This document shows positions 38,415 through 51,748 of a stretch of 64,000 nucleotides of DNA, piece after piece. The notes beneath the pieces are model-generated. The model saw only the letters and a list, made by a program, of their open reading frames with translations. It was not told the origin of the DNA and searched no databases. This DNA is from Eledone cirrhosa (Eukaryota): the NCBI GenBank assembly GCA_964016885.1, contig OZ024741.1:340256001-340320000 (forward strand). Direction: 5' to 3'. The stretch's first letter is position 1. The number at the start of each line of letters is the position of its first letter. The translations under genes were made by a program, and so were the position numbers.

Positions 38415-41333
38415 ACTATAGATCGGGGGAACACACAAGCCAGGTAGATTATATCCTTACCAGAAGACGTGACAGAGTGTCTGTTGTTAACACTAAATCC
38501 CTCCCCCATGAAGAATTCACCTCCCAACATAGACTGATAATTAGCGACCTCATAGTCAGGACGAGACGTACTAGACAGCGGAAGAGGACTATCCTCAGGA
38601 GAAAAATATGGAAGCTAAAGGACCCCATAGTCAGAAATAAATTTCAAAGCATATTACTTGACGCTTTCGACAGTAAGGAAGAGCAATTAGTCGTATAATA
38701 TAGAGGAACAGTGGGAATTCCTGAGAGCAAACCTGCTGACGGCGGCAGACGAAGTCTGTGGCTGGAGCAGGCCTGTAGGTAGGAGGAGAGTAACATGGTG
38801 GTGGAACAGTAAGGTGGAGGAGTCAATTAAGGCCAAAAAGCAGGCTTGGAAAGCATGGCGGGATGGGGGAAGTAGAGAAGACTATCAAGTGGCCAGGAGG
38901 GAAGCTAGGAGACAAGTGTACTTCGCAAGAAGGGAAGCAGAGGAAAGAAAGTTCAAGCATGTTCTACAACGTGAGGACCAAAAACGTGAGGTGTTCAGGA
39001 TTGCCAGGCAATGTGTCAAGGAAAACCGTGATATTGTCGGGGAGAAGTGTGTACTTAACGATGATGGCATACTTGCCATCACCGCTGATAAGAAGGTAGC
39101 TTGGAAGTGTCACTACGAAAGGCTTCTAAATGAGGAGAACAAATGGGAGAAAGACAGTCTCCCCCCACATCGACCCAATAGAGGGACCAGCAGTGTTGGT
39201 CCAGGGTAGTACAATAAGCAAGGCAATCAAAGATATGAAGACGGGTAAGGCGGCTGGTCCTTCGGAAATAGTTGCTGAGATGCTGAAGGCATCTGGTTAA
39301 GTGGGACACACCATGGTCACCCGGATAGTTAACCAAGTCGTACAGAATGGGGTTGTTCCGAAGGACTGGCGTAGCAGCATCATCGTTAACTGCTATAAGG
39401 GAAAAGGAGATGCCCTAGATAGGAGTAACTATAGAGGCATTAAATTAATCGACCAGGTCATGAAGGTCACGGAAAGAGTAATAGCGCAACTAATCAGAGA
39501 GAGAATTGATCTAGATGAAATGCAGTTCGGATTTGTGTCAGGCAAATGTACCACAGACGCTCTTTTCATTGTACGACAACTACAGGAGAAGTACCTAGCT
39601 AAAAGTAAACCCCTATACTTAGCTTTCGTCGACTTGGAGAAAGCCTTCGACAGAGTCCCCCATTATCTGGTGGTCTCTTAGAAAACTAGGTGTTGACGAA
39701 TGGCTTGTGAGAGCTATACAAGCCATGTATAAAGAAACAGTCAGTAAGGTTAGAATTAACAACGAATATAGTGAAGAGTTTAGCGTAAAAGTTGGTGTCC
39801 ATCAGGGCTCTGTTCTTAGCCCCCTACTATTTATTATTGCCCTTCAGGCTATAACAGAGGAGTTCAAGACCAGCTGCCCATGGGAACTCCTATACGCAGA
39901 TGATCTAACGCTCATAGCTGAATCAATGACCGAACTAGAGAAGAAATTCCAAACATGGAAGCACGGCCTAGAATCAAAAGGCCTTAAAATTAACCTGGCT
40001 AAGACTAAAGTTCTAGTTTGTAGGAAAGAAAATAAGGCGGCAGTCCCATCTGGGAAATGGCCATGCTCAGTGTGTAGGAAAGGCATAGGTAGAAACTCCA
40101 TTTTATGTCCCAAATGCAAAGTATGGGTGCATAAAAGATGTAGTGGGATCACAGGTAAGCTAACTAAGAACATAGATTTTACATGTGGCCGGTGCTCTGG
40201 TGCAATAAGTAGCAGCAAGTGCCCACAAAATACTAGCTCCTTCAACTGCGCAGAGGGTTCTATAGAAATAGTGGACAGCTTCCGTTACCTGGGTGACAAA
40301 ATCAGCAGTGGGGGAGGGTGCTCTGAAAGTACAGTAGCTAGAGTCAGAACTGGATGGAAAAAGTTCAGAGAGCTTATACCACTATTAGCCGCTAGAGGGT
40401 TCTCCCTAAAAATGAAAGGCAGGTTATACGATGCCTGCATACGAACAGCAATGCTGCATGGCAGTGAGACCTGGGCATTGTGTGCAGAGGATATACGCAG
40501 ACTAGAGAGGAACGAAGCTTGCATGCTCCGCTGGATGTGCAATAGTAATATACGTGAACGGCAAAGCATAAACGAACTAAGGAAAAAATTAGAAATAAGA
40601 GGGATCAGATGTTGTTTACTCGAGAGAAGGCTACGTTGGTACGGTCACGTGATGCGCATGAAAGACGACAGCTGTATAACAAAGTGCAGGGCAATAAAGA
40701 TAGACGGTAGCCACGGAGTAGGCAGACCCAGAAAAACATGGGACGAGCTGATAAATTCCGACCTCACACGCTTACACCTCTCCAAGACAATGTCACTGGA
40801 CCGAGACCTTTGGCGGTACTCAGTAATAGAGAAGACCCGCCTTACCTAAATACAAAGTAAAAACCTACTACAGTCAGTAGGCATCTCTATCAAAACACCC
40901 CCCGTCCCACCACCTCCACCCCATCCACACCGCCCCTTTCAATGTAAAGTTATGTTGGTCCCACAACATCCAGGCCGAAACAAATGAGATCGTGTAGGTG
41001 TCACGACAAAAAAACACACAGTCCACGCTGTAAATGTGGCCGTGTAGGCAACACGGTAAAAACCTCCCAGCCCCACACTGTAAATGTGGTTGGTGTTAGG
41101 GAGGGCATCCAGCTGTAGAAAACCCGCCAGACAGTCCACGCTGTAATGTGGCCATGTAGGCAACACGGTAAAAACCTCCCAGCCCCACACTGTAAATGTG
41201 GTTGGTGTTAGGAAGGGCATCCAACTGTAGAAAACCCGCCAGACAGTCCTATGCGAGCAAGACAACCACTCTTGGCTCAAGTGGGAAAACCCCCGTCCAA
41301 ACCCATGCAAGCGTGGAACACGGACGCTAAACC

Positions 41334-41370
<37 letters not shown>
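38415..41370 (+). mobile_element. RTE LINE, 5'-truncated, close paralogue of 1-3299
   Basis: 380-aa ORF with YADD and a PHD-like finger. Duplicated ~115-bp 3'UTR block and (GAT)n tail. An inverted RTE-type tail abuts it at ~38256-38415. Confidence 0.93.
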
Positions 41371-41372
<2 letters not shown>

Positions 41373-42560
41373 ACAGTGTGTGATGGGGGCTTTTTGCCGT
41401 GTTGCCTACACGACCACTTTACAGCGTGGACTCGGTGCTTTTTGTCATGACACCTACATGACCACTATAGTGGGCTGAGCTCTTTTGTCATAGCTCCAGT
41501 GAGAATCACTTTATAGAGGAGGTTGGGAACTTGGGAGGGACTTTGTGTTCCTAACAATGACTCTGTCTTGACTTCTCTGTATATATATATATATATATAT
41601 ATATCAAGGAAACAAAAGAAAATGAACAAATGAGGATGCATTAACATAAAGTCATATTAGTTTCACGCTTAGGGGAAGAAGAGTGAGTTACATAGTCAAC
41701 GTATCAGGCATTTGCCCTTCATCAGGAAAAACACAAAGAAAATAAAAATAAAAAATAAAGTTTTTTTTTAAATAAAATTAGAAGGAAAATAAAAAAATAC
41801 GAAGGAGAGGGGTAGGAAGGGAAGTGCTCCGGCATGATGCTGTGGGGGTTGGGATGATGGGTGCAGCCATGTAGTGTGGTTGTGTGTAGGTGGGGTGTAT
41901 ATTTTGATATGTGTGTGGGTATTGTGTTGTTGGTGGAAGTGTGTGTGTGTGTAAATGTGTACACATTCTTCTGTGTTCTTGCATAAATATGCACACAAAC
42001 AGATGCCTGTATATGTGTACAAACACATACACACATATCCCTATGTATGCACTTGTGTATGAGTGTGCACATGTGTATGTTAGAATGCGTGTTTGGCAGA
42101 TATGTGTTTATTGGTGTGTATTGTGTGGTTGCATGTATTGTGTGTATGCATGTGTGTGTGTGTGTGTATATATATATGGTGGGGTGGGCTTTCTATTCCA
42201 AGTTGGTAAGTCCAAAATAAGAAATGGCTGTGTGTTGAGTGGAAGAGAAATGAATTGTGGGTAGTTACAAGGAGTGTATGGGTGCATGTGTGTACATGTG
42301 GGAGATGGGTGATGGCAGTTCTAAGGGAGAACAAGGGCGTGGGGGGGGGTTAAATTCAGTAGTCAGATAGAGTGTAAGGGATGGAGTGCATGGTGGGTGG
42401 GGAAGAGAATCTTTGTGCCACCAGGGCGAATTGTACGGATTGTGTGGTGGTGGTGGTGGGATTGGCATTGATGATTGTGGTGGTTGTGGTGATGGTGGTG
42501 GTGGTATATGCAGTGATGGTTGTGGAAGCGGCATTGGTGGTCTGTGTATATGCTGTGTGA

Positions 42561-42895
42561 AGGCACATGGCTTATTGGTTAGAGCATTGGGCTTGCAATC
42601 GAAAGGTTGTGAGTTCGATTCTCAGACCAGGTGATGCGTTATGTCCTTGAGTAAGATTCTTCATTTCACGATGCTCCAGTTTACTTGGCTGTAGAAATGA
42701 GTTGCAATGTCACTGGTGCCAAGCTGTATTGGCCATAGTCTTTCCCTTGGACATCATCGGTGGCATGGAGAGGGGGGGGCGGTATGCATGGGCAACTGCT
42801 GGTCTTCCTCAAACAATCTTGCCCGGACTTGTGCCTCGGAGGGAAACTTTCTAGGTGCAAATCACATGGTCATTCGTGACTGAAGGGGGTCTTCG
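42561..42895 (+). mobile_element. Second tRNA-derived SINE family (CORE-like)
   Basis: A-box tggcttattggttagagc, B-box gagttcgattc, then gtccttgag...atttcac...gctccagt. A related copy lies at ~53077-53298. Confidence 0.75.
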
Positions 42896-43292
42896 GTGGT
42901 GGTAGCGTTGGTGATGTGTGCTCATGCAGATGTACAAGCCCACATATGTATATGTGACGGTATGTGTGGTGGAATGGGGTGAGTAAGTAATATTAATGAA
43001 TAAGTTGTAGAATGTACAGGTGTTCTAACCATAGTGGTGGGGGGGGGGGTTAGTGGGTATTAGTAGTGTTAGCTGGCTGTGTGTGTACAGGGTCAACTGT
43101 ATGTGCATGGTGGTCAGTGTGTGTGTGTACATGTACCATTCTGGAGCTGTATTATCCAAGTGCAGGTGTATGTGAGTGGGCATGTTGGCGAAAGTGTTTG
43201 TGTGTTATTGGAGGTGGTACATGCATGGATGCACAAGCACAGACGTGTAGTGTTAGCTGGCCATGTGTGTACTGGGTCAACTGCCTATGTGC

Positions 43293-43325
<33 letters not shown>

Positions 43326-43354
43326 GACACATACACACACCCACTCATACATAT

Positions 43355-45690
43355 ATATCATCATTTTATGTCCACTTTTCCCTGTTTGAAAGGGTGGTCC
43401 TCTTCAGCTCAGAATCTCTCCATTCGCCACGGTCCTTCATCATCTCCTCTGTGAGCTTCAGTGATCTGAGGCCAGCTCTCCCCACCTATACTGCATCTTC
43501 CTTCCACTGGGATCACCTGACACTTCTTCACCCAACAGTCATCATCCATGCACATAACGTAGCCATACCAACGTACTCTTCTCTCCTGCACACTACAGTT
43601 TATTCTTCTTGTACACAGTTTCTCTCTCAACTCGTCCATGTTTGGTCTTTCACTCACATTGACATTGCACATCCATTGGATCATGTTTTATTCATTTCTC
43701 TCCAACCTTCGCATAATCTCTGCTGCCCATGTCTCACTACCATGCAACATTGCACATATCACACAGGCATCATACAACCGAACCTTCATTCGTAGGGAGA
43801 AACCCTTCATTGTCAACAGAGGAAGCAGCTCCCCGAACTTCTTCCATCCTGTCCTTATTCTAGATACTATGACCTCAGAGCATCCTCCTATCTTGCTAAT
43901 TTGATCACCTAGATATCGGAAGCTATCAACCACCTCTATAGATCCTGCCTGCATTTGAAAAATGTGCCTATCATTGACACTTCTACTATCAATTTTCCCT
44001 GAACATCTACTACATACAAAGTTTTCTTTTCCTGTTAGTTTGCCTACTATCCTACTACACCTCTTGTGTACCCAAGATCTGTATTGTGTACATTCTGTAG
44101 AGTTTATGCCAACTACATTTCTACATATCAAGCATGGCCATTTCCCTGATGGAATCAGAGTCTTATCCTCTTTCCTACTTATCAATACTTTAATCTTTGT
44201 TAGGTTCACTCTCAGTCCCCTTGATTCCAACTGTTGTTTCCACAGCCAGAATTTATTTTGTAGCTCCTCTACTAATTCTGCTATAAGTACCAGATTGTCA
44301 GCATAGAGAAGTTCCCATGGGCAGCCAGTCTTAAACTCCTCTGTTATGGCTTGGAGAACTATAATGTATAAAAATGGGCTGAGGACCGAACCCTGATGAA
44401 CTCCTACTTGTATCTGGAATTCCTCGCTAAACTCCATTCCTACCTTCACTTTACTGACAGCTCTTCTGTATATAGTTTGCACTGTCCTCACAAGCCATTC
44501 CTTTACACCTAGCCTCCTTAGGGAGCACCAGAGGACAGATCGAGGTACTCTATCAAAGGCCTTCTCTAGGTCAACAAAAGCTTAGTGTAGTAACTTATTC
44601 TTGTAGTCTTAGTCTTACTAAGAAGAGGGCATCTGTTGTATTTTTCCGGGCACAAAACCAAATTATATCTCATCTACTTTGACTCTTTCTCTAATTAGTT
44701 GTGCTCGCACTCTTTCTGTCACTTTCATAACCTGATCCATCAGTTTTATGCCCCTATAATTGCTCCTCTCCAGTAACAATTAACAAGTATACTGCTGCAC
44801 CAGTCTTAGGGTATGACTCTGCCATATATAACTTGATTGACTATATTGTGTGTAACTAGTTTAGTTCCTACTTCTGATGCCTTTAACATCTCAGCAACTA
44901 TTCCTGATGGTCCAGCAGCCTTACCCCTTTTCAGCTCTTTAATTGCTTCTTTAACCCTATAGTCATCAACTTCAATAGCTAGTCACTCTGTTGGGTGTTG
45001 GGGGTAGTTTCTCTCCCATTCATTCTCAACATTCATCAGTCTCTCATAGTGACATTTCCAGGCCTCTTTTTTTTCTGAGCATGAGTGACACCAAGTGCAC
45101 CGGCATCATTTCAAATACACTTATCTCCAGTAACATCCTGATTTACACTGACACACTGCCTTGCAATGCAGAACACCTCACGTCTCATTGCAAAACACTG
45201 ACAAACCTCCTACTCTCAGCTTCCCTGCATGCTATATACACTAGACACCTAGCCTCTTTTTTAGCAACTGAGTATCAGTGTCTACTCCCCCCATTTTCCA
45301 ATCCTTCCATGCTTATCTTTTGTCTCTAATGGCTCTATATACCGTGCTGTTCCACCACCAAATCACCCTCTGTCTGGTTGGAGTTTTGCTCCAGCCACAA
45401 GTCTCTTCAGTTGCATGCAGCAGGTTACTGTGTAAGAATTTTCAGTTGTCTTCTATATCATACAATTCTAGTTCATCTTCTCTTTCATCATACACATCCT
45501 GTAGAGCTTTCCTAAACCTATATTTAAGTGAAAGGTCCTTTAGCTTTCAGACCTTCCTTTTCCATACCTTCCTCTGTGTCTCATTCTGTCTCTTGCTTAT
45601 CGAGATGTCACTAATGACTAACCTATTTTGGGTGGGGTGGGGAAAGTGCATTCTTCCCCAGGGAATGCCTTAGTATTTGTAACCATCTGT
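43355..45690 (-). mobile_element. Decayed RTE LINE
   Basis: GVHQGSVLSP, WELLYAD, FRYLGDQ, MLHGSETW on the minus strand. Confidence 0.9.
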
Positions 45691-45704
45691 CTGTCTCATA
45701 GCCT

Positions 45705-45769
<65 letters not shown>

Positions 45770-46376
45770 TTTGATAACCAAGACATTGCACACACATACA
45801 ATTACACTAAATGACTGCTGTAGCACCCAAAATATATAGAACTTTTCAGTATACAATAAAAGAAAAAAAATCTTTTTATGTATATTGATGTCAATAAAAA
45901 TTGTGAATACTACAACTTTTTCAAAACTTTTTCCTTCAACCCTTTCATTACTGGATTTCTAATTAAATATGTGTTTCATTTAATTTTGAAACTAACTAAA
46001 AATTTGGAGGAACTTAATAAAATAACTAACTCCTTCAAGCTGGTATTTAGAATATTACTTTAAAATGTCTAAATTATAATTATGATGGAAGGTTTTAGTA
46101 TAAGATAAACATTCTAAAATTGAATTGTATCATAAATCCAGAGTGGTTTCAGTATCAGAAGGGTTAAATTAAAGATGCATCTTATAATTTGAAAAATATG
46201 GTATTGCTTTATTACAATGTCCTTGCTAATGTAATTTGAAGAATTATATTTTTTGGTAGCACTTGCTTCACTTTGCAGCTATTCAAGTTGTATTAGATTT
46301 TAAACATGCCTGGAAAAAGATTGTTTTCTCTTTTCTTTAGTTGTTTTGATTCAATTTATATTTGTTTCTTGTATAG

Positions 46377-46573
46377 TTATGATGTCAATATCAGGCATAA
46401 ACATCAAATACGTGAACTTGCTAAATAAACAGTATAGTCAAACTTTTTTGTGGTCACACATTCTACCGGAACCTTCCAATTATACTGAAGAAGTATTTTG
46501 CTCCAATCATGAAGAGTCAAATAAAATAAATGAAGTGAGGGTTTTTCCTCCTCAGCTATGTATGAACACGACA
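46377..46573 (+). CDS. Host gene exon (phase 1-0)
   Basis: cttgtatag / gtaagt; 197 bp open; MMSISGINIKYVNLLNK...EVRVFPPQLCMNTT. Confidence 0.7.
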
Positions 46574-47744
46574 GTAAGTTGGGATCCCTTTTTCTTTCTG
46601 CCTTTGTCGCATTAATTCTTTTGTGGTTATATTTCTAATTGTAATAATTAATTGTGACACACAGTCAGCATGTCGCAATTAATGTTCAAAATAATGAAGA
46701 ATTTGAGGTTTAGTAAAACTTGTTTATTATTAAGTTGTTGTTTGGAACATAACAAAATGTTTTTAGATAAATTTATGATGAAATATCTTAACATAAATAT
46801 GAAAAGCTTTAAATTGAAAGTTTTTATATCTCAAAATCAGAAGTGGTCACATATGCATTGGTATTAATGATTTAATGAGAAATTCTTAATCAAAAATACT
46901 TGATCAGTTGAAAATCACAGAATGGCCCTTTGAATTACAGGAACAGTCTGACAGGCTTCTACAGAGTTTTCATCTGTCAACTTTCACTTACAATGCTTGG
47001 GTCAACCAGAGGCTTGAGTAAATGATATTTACCCAAGGTGCAATGCAGTGGGATCAAATCTGAGGCCTTATGATTGTGAAGTGAACTTCTTAGCCATTCA
47101 AACATATCGTACCTATGCTGCAAATCTATAAATATATGAATGAATAAATATATGAATGAATAAATATAATCATTTCTAACATAGACACAATACCACTATT
47201 TTTTAGTTGTGAGGAGCACAATATTTGTTATAAGACTAACTACTGAAACTAAATACTTCAAAAAGTTTTGCTGATCCAATGCTTCAAAAAGTATGACTTC
47301 TAGCATAAGCACATTTGCTTAAGTGGGGCAGGTACAAATCTGCAGTCATGAATGCCAGATGTGAAATGGAGGATTTTGAATGTTTCCACCATGAGCATGT
47401 GATTGATGCTTCACCAGGTGAAGGAGAGTCTGAAGGAAGCTGTCTTCATCCTTGGTTCTTTGATCCTTCCATCTGCTGTCTGTTTGACCAAAAATTAGAC
47501 AGATACCTGTCACTTAGGTATAGTCGTGTGGTTTTCAACATTGGGTTTTAAGCTTCTTTCACAAAGACACAACACTAAATCATCACTGCACTTTAACAAT
47601 TTGTTCAGTAGCTCCTCTACAAATTACTATAAGAGCAGATAAAGTTATGAAAAACTGTAAAAACGATCAATGAATTGGCAAGGGAATAAAAATGCCTTAG
47701 GGATTTGTTCCAGGTCTTTGTGTTCTGAGTTCGAATTCCAGATT

Positions 47745-50700
47745 TGTAGAGCTAGGGAGCCGGAAGTGCAGGGGGCAAGTGGTGTCACATTAGATGTGTG
47801 GGCCGAGCCACTCTTTTGATTCATATGCTGCAGCAGAGTATGAAGGTTTTGAGATGAGTGTGTGAGTTTTGCTATGTTCTCTGGCCAGATATGAAACAGC
47901 TGAACATCGTGCAGGGAGATTCAGTTCAGGCACAAGTGGACTTACAACAAGCTATTTTGGCAGAATTTTTAAATTATTATTTACTTTCTCCAACTTGCAG
48001 AAGATATGGCGACAAAGATAAAAATCAATAGTGACGCAATTAAAACCTTCAGCAGTGAGGGAGATGCTATTGCCCGGATTAGGAAGATAAAATTGGTCAC
48101 TGTGTTACAAGGAATAGGAATTATGGCAGGCCTCATGGGGCTGTGTCCTGAGGGTAATGCACTGGTGTTGTACATTGAAATAAACCAGGCTGACCAACTG
48201 AATGCGAAAATTGAGCAGCACCTCAAGGTGACAATCACCGAGGGATCATATGCTGCTTTTGCGAAACAAGGAAAAGTGAGGTGGATGAGAAAACAGGTGG
48301 TGTGTTCATGGTGGAAATCCAGAGGTTGGCTACACTAGCCAAATTCACAGGAGAAAACCTTGAAAGGGTGGTGCGGATGGTGTTCATGAATGGTTTCCCT
48401 GATGAACTTTTGGTGAAGCTCTAACAGCTGCTTTGACGACAAGCTGCTTAGCAATGGCATCACACAGGTTGAGTGGAATGTTGCGGTGTTAGCAGCAACA
48501 GAAGCCTATAGCAGTTGACAGTGATTGACAAGGGGAGAAGAGCCCCATGAACACTTGGCCATGGGCATTCAAAAGCCAGTGCTTTAGGTGTCAAGGTCCA
48601 CACATAGCAAGGGACTGCAAGGAGCTGAAGCCTGAAATAATTTGCTACCAATGTAAATGAGCAGGTCACATTGCTAACAATTGCGACCAAGGAAAGGGTC
48701 AAAAGGGAATTACTGTGCCAGTAGCTACCCCTGGAAGGGAGTATAAGCACTCTTGCAGTCACTGCTGGTAATGGAGGTTCTGGTTGGAGGGAAGCTGTCA
48801 AGAGCCCTCGTGGATACTGGCTACACAAGGACTTTGGTGACCCTGGAGGTGGTTAAAAAGTGCAGCATGATGAGCAGTGTAATGGCAGTCGACAGCAGAG
48901 ACATTAGATGCAGAAGTAGCAATGACAGTAGAAGGAAAAAAATAAGGCTACGCACAATCATGATCGACCACATGGGGGATGGAATTGATGTGATAATGGG
49001 CATGAATATGAATGGCTGCTTAGGAAACACTATAGTGAGTGAGGACAGGGTAACATATGGTAGCGCGGGAACAACATGCACCGCTGATAGCTGAGTGGTA
49101 CTGGAAAGGAAAGCCCGGATGTTGAAGAACCAAGTGAGCTGCTATCAGCATACTTTGAAAGGGGATGCTAGGAGTGAGTTTGAGAGCAAGGTGCAAAGAT
49201 GGATTGAGGAGGGCATATTAATCTCTTGGAAGGGGGAGATAAAGAATGGAATGTTGCCACTAATGGCAATAGTGGAGCCAATGAAGAACCAGGTCAGGCC
49301 AGTGCTGGACATTAATAAACTGAATGAACACATCACACCACACAGGCAGCAAGGTTTCAGATGTCTGTGGAGAAATCTTGCAAGAGTGGAGATAAATGAC
49401 AGGGGCCTCCACGATTGTTGGCATATCTTCAGCTACATGTAGTTGTGAAACTGTGGCAGTGTCAGCTGATTAGGTGTAAGGGCCAAACATACTGCCTGAC
49501 CAGACAGGGGGTTTAGGTTGAATTTGGTACCAAAGATCATGTCGATAGTCATCAAGGCCATTCTGGGAAAGGTGGACAGTGTGATGAGGGCCACCAATAC
49601 CTACATTGTCTCATCTACCAAGATATTGTCAATGGTGTCAGCAACAGAGATCTCAAGTCTAGAAAGGTTTGGGTTAACTGTGAAACCATGAGAGGCGATG
49701 GGAGGAGAAGCTGTATTGGGACTCGGGCTGCAAAGAGACAAGATGGGCACATTGGTATTTTTGAGGGGGAATGAAGTCCTAGAACTGGGCACCCATATGG
49801 ATAGATGAGAACTTTTCCCAATGTATGGGAAATTGATGGGCCACTATCCAATCATGGGGTGGCTCTAAACAGCATGCAGCTATGGGTTCATAGTTGAGGA
49901 TGCAACCTAGCTCGGGAAGGAGAACTGTAACCATATCAACATGGCTGAATTAGTTGCTGTGCTAAAGGGAGTGAATCTTGCCCTGAGAAGGGGACTGCGC
50001 TCTATAGAAATTCGTACTGATTCGGCCACTGTACCCGGATGGGAGAGATCAGTTCTTACCAGCGAGAGGATGGTGCAAACAAAATGGGTAGCAGATATAC
50101 TAATAAAGTGCTGCCTAGGAACTCTTGGAGAACTAGCTGCTGAGTTCAGCCTGAAGTTGAGTGTGGTTTTTATGATCCTGGTAAGAAATTAGGAGGACAT
50201 CTTAACCGGGGTGAAGAAAGCCTGGCCGGAAATGCCAGAGGGTGCAGAAAAGGGGATAGCTGTAGTGTGTTGGCTGAATGACTCAGAGTTGAGGAGCTTG
50301 CATACCATGTATCATATGGGAGTATTCCTAGCCAGGAAAATCGATTTCGACATTACCAGACAGAGTGTTCAAAAAGTGCTCGGGAGTTGCAATGGATGTC
50401 AGTCTACCAACCCTCCGCAGGTATGCATGAGACGAGTAAAATCCCAGTGGAGCACAACTGGAAGCAATTAGCAGTGGATGTGACACACTGCCGACACAGG
50501 ACGTATCTCTTGATGACCAATTGCTGACTGGGGCAGATAGCAATATAGAGGGAAATGAAGATGGGGAGTACAGAGGAAATTGTACAGATGTTGAAAGATA
50601 TATTCTTGGAGTGGAGCCCTGTGGATGAACTGTTGATGGATAACAACATGCCATTTTGCTTGGAGGTGCTGAAGGGTGGACTGTGATCTGCGTCTTCAGA

Positions 50701-51385
50701 GCAGCATACAGGCTGAATGGAAATAGGATCGTGGAAAGATACCAACACACTATGAAAGCCATGGCAGAAAGGGGACACATTTCACCAATGAAGGTGGTGT
50801 TCTAGTACAATATGTCATCTCAGTTGGGACAGGCCAAGGAATCGGTACTATGAAAGGCAATATATAGATATGAATGGCAATATCTGTGCACATTATTACA
50901 ATGACCTATGGAAGAGAGAGAGAGAGAGAGCATGCATTCATGCAAATGGGCAATGAAGTCTGGGTCAAGCTCCCAAATGATGTTGCACATATCAATGGGG
51001 AAAAGTAACAGTAATGGCTGTAAATTCCCAAAACAATGTGTCTTCAGAGAAGAGGAGAATGAAAATGCCGCCCAACTTTGCAGAGATCGCAATGGGAACA
51101 CTGCTCATCCAAGTGAACAACGAACTTTGACATGGAGTGAAATGATGGGGTGATTGATCCTTGAGATCAGGGGGCTAGGGAGGTCTTTCTGGAAATGAGA
51201 GGCAAGTGACATCACATCAGAAGTGCAGGTCAGATCTCTCTCATGGTCCATGTGCCACAGCTGAGCGTGAACGTTTTGTGATGTCTGGTGCAAATGAGTG
51301 TGTGAGATTTGCTGTGTCCTCTGGCCAGACATGAAACAGGTGCGCATCATGCAGGGAGATTCAGTCTGGATACGCGTGGAGACAC
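47745..51385 (+). mobile_element. Old degenerate Ty3/Gypsy-like LTR element, apparently inserted into a SINE
   Basis: Diverged LTRs ~47745-47946 and ~51160-51385. Protease RALVDTG, RT VRPVLD, RNase H AEL...IRTDSA, integrase NGNRIVER. Confidence 0.8.
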
Positions 51386-51657
51386 AAGGATAGGTCCCTT
51401 TGATTTTTACAATAGAATTAATAAAATAAAAGTACCAGTCCAGAATGGCGGATCAGCATCTTGTTTGAGCATTGGATGGGATGCCTTTGGTGTTCTGAGT
51501 TCAAATCCTGTTATGGCCCAATTGGGTGGTATACTTAAATCCATTGCCTGTTTAACAGTACTACCTGGCCTTTTGTTGTCTTTAGTTGAATCCACTATGT
51601 GCAAGCATTTATATATCCGTACCAAGTGACTTCAGCTATGATTTTTTTGTTTTCCAG

Positions 51658-51748
51658 TTAAATCTTACACTGATATATTCCAAACAAATTATATTCTACG
51701 ATTTGGTACCTGCACATACAAAAGAAATATGTCTGTGGAAAGCGCATC
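51658..51748 (+). CDS. Host gene exon (phase 0-1)
   Basis: tttccag / gtaagt; 91 bp; LNLTLIYSKQIIFYDLVPAHTKEICLWKAH. Confidence 0.7.

Noticed and set aside
42561-42635. tRNA gene
   Set aside because: A/B boxes are present, but the acceptor stem is poor and it continues into a SINE body that recurs at ~53077.
41722-43400. Cys/His/Thr-rich ORFs
   Set aside because: These are translations of (GT)n, (GGT)n and (TA)n low-complexity sequence.
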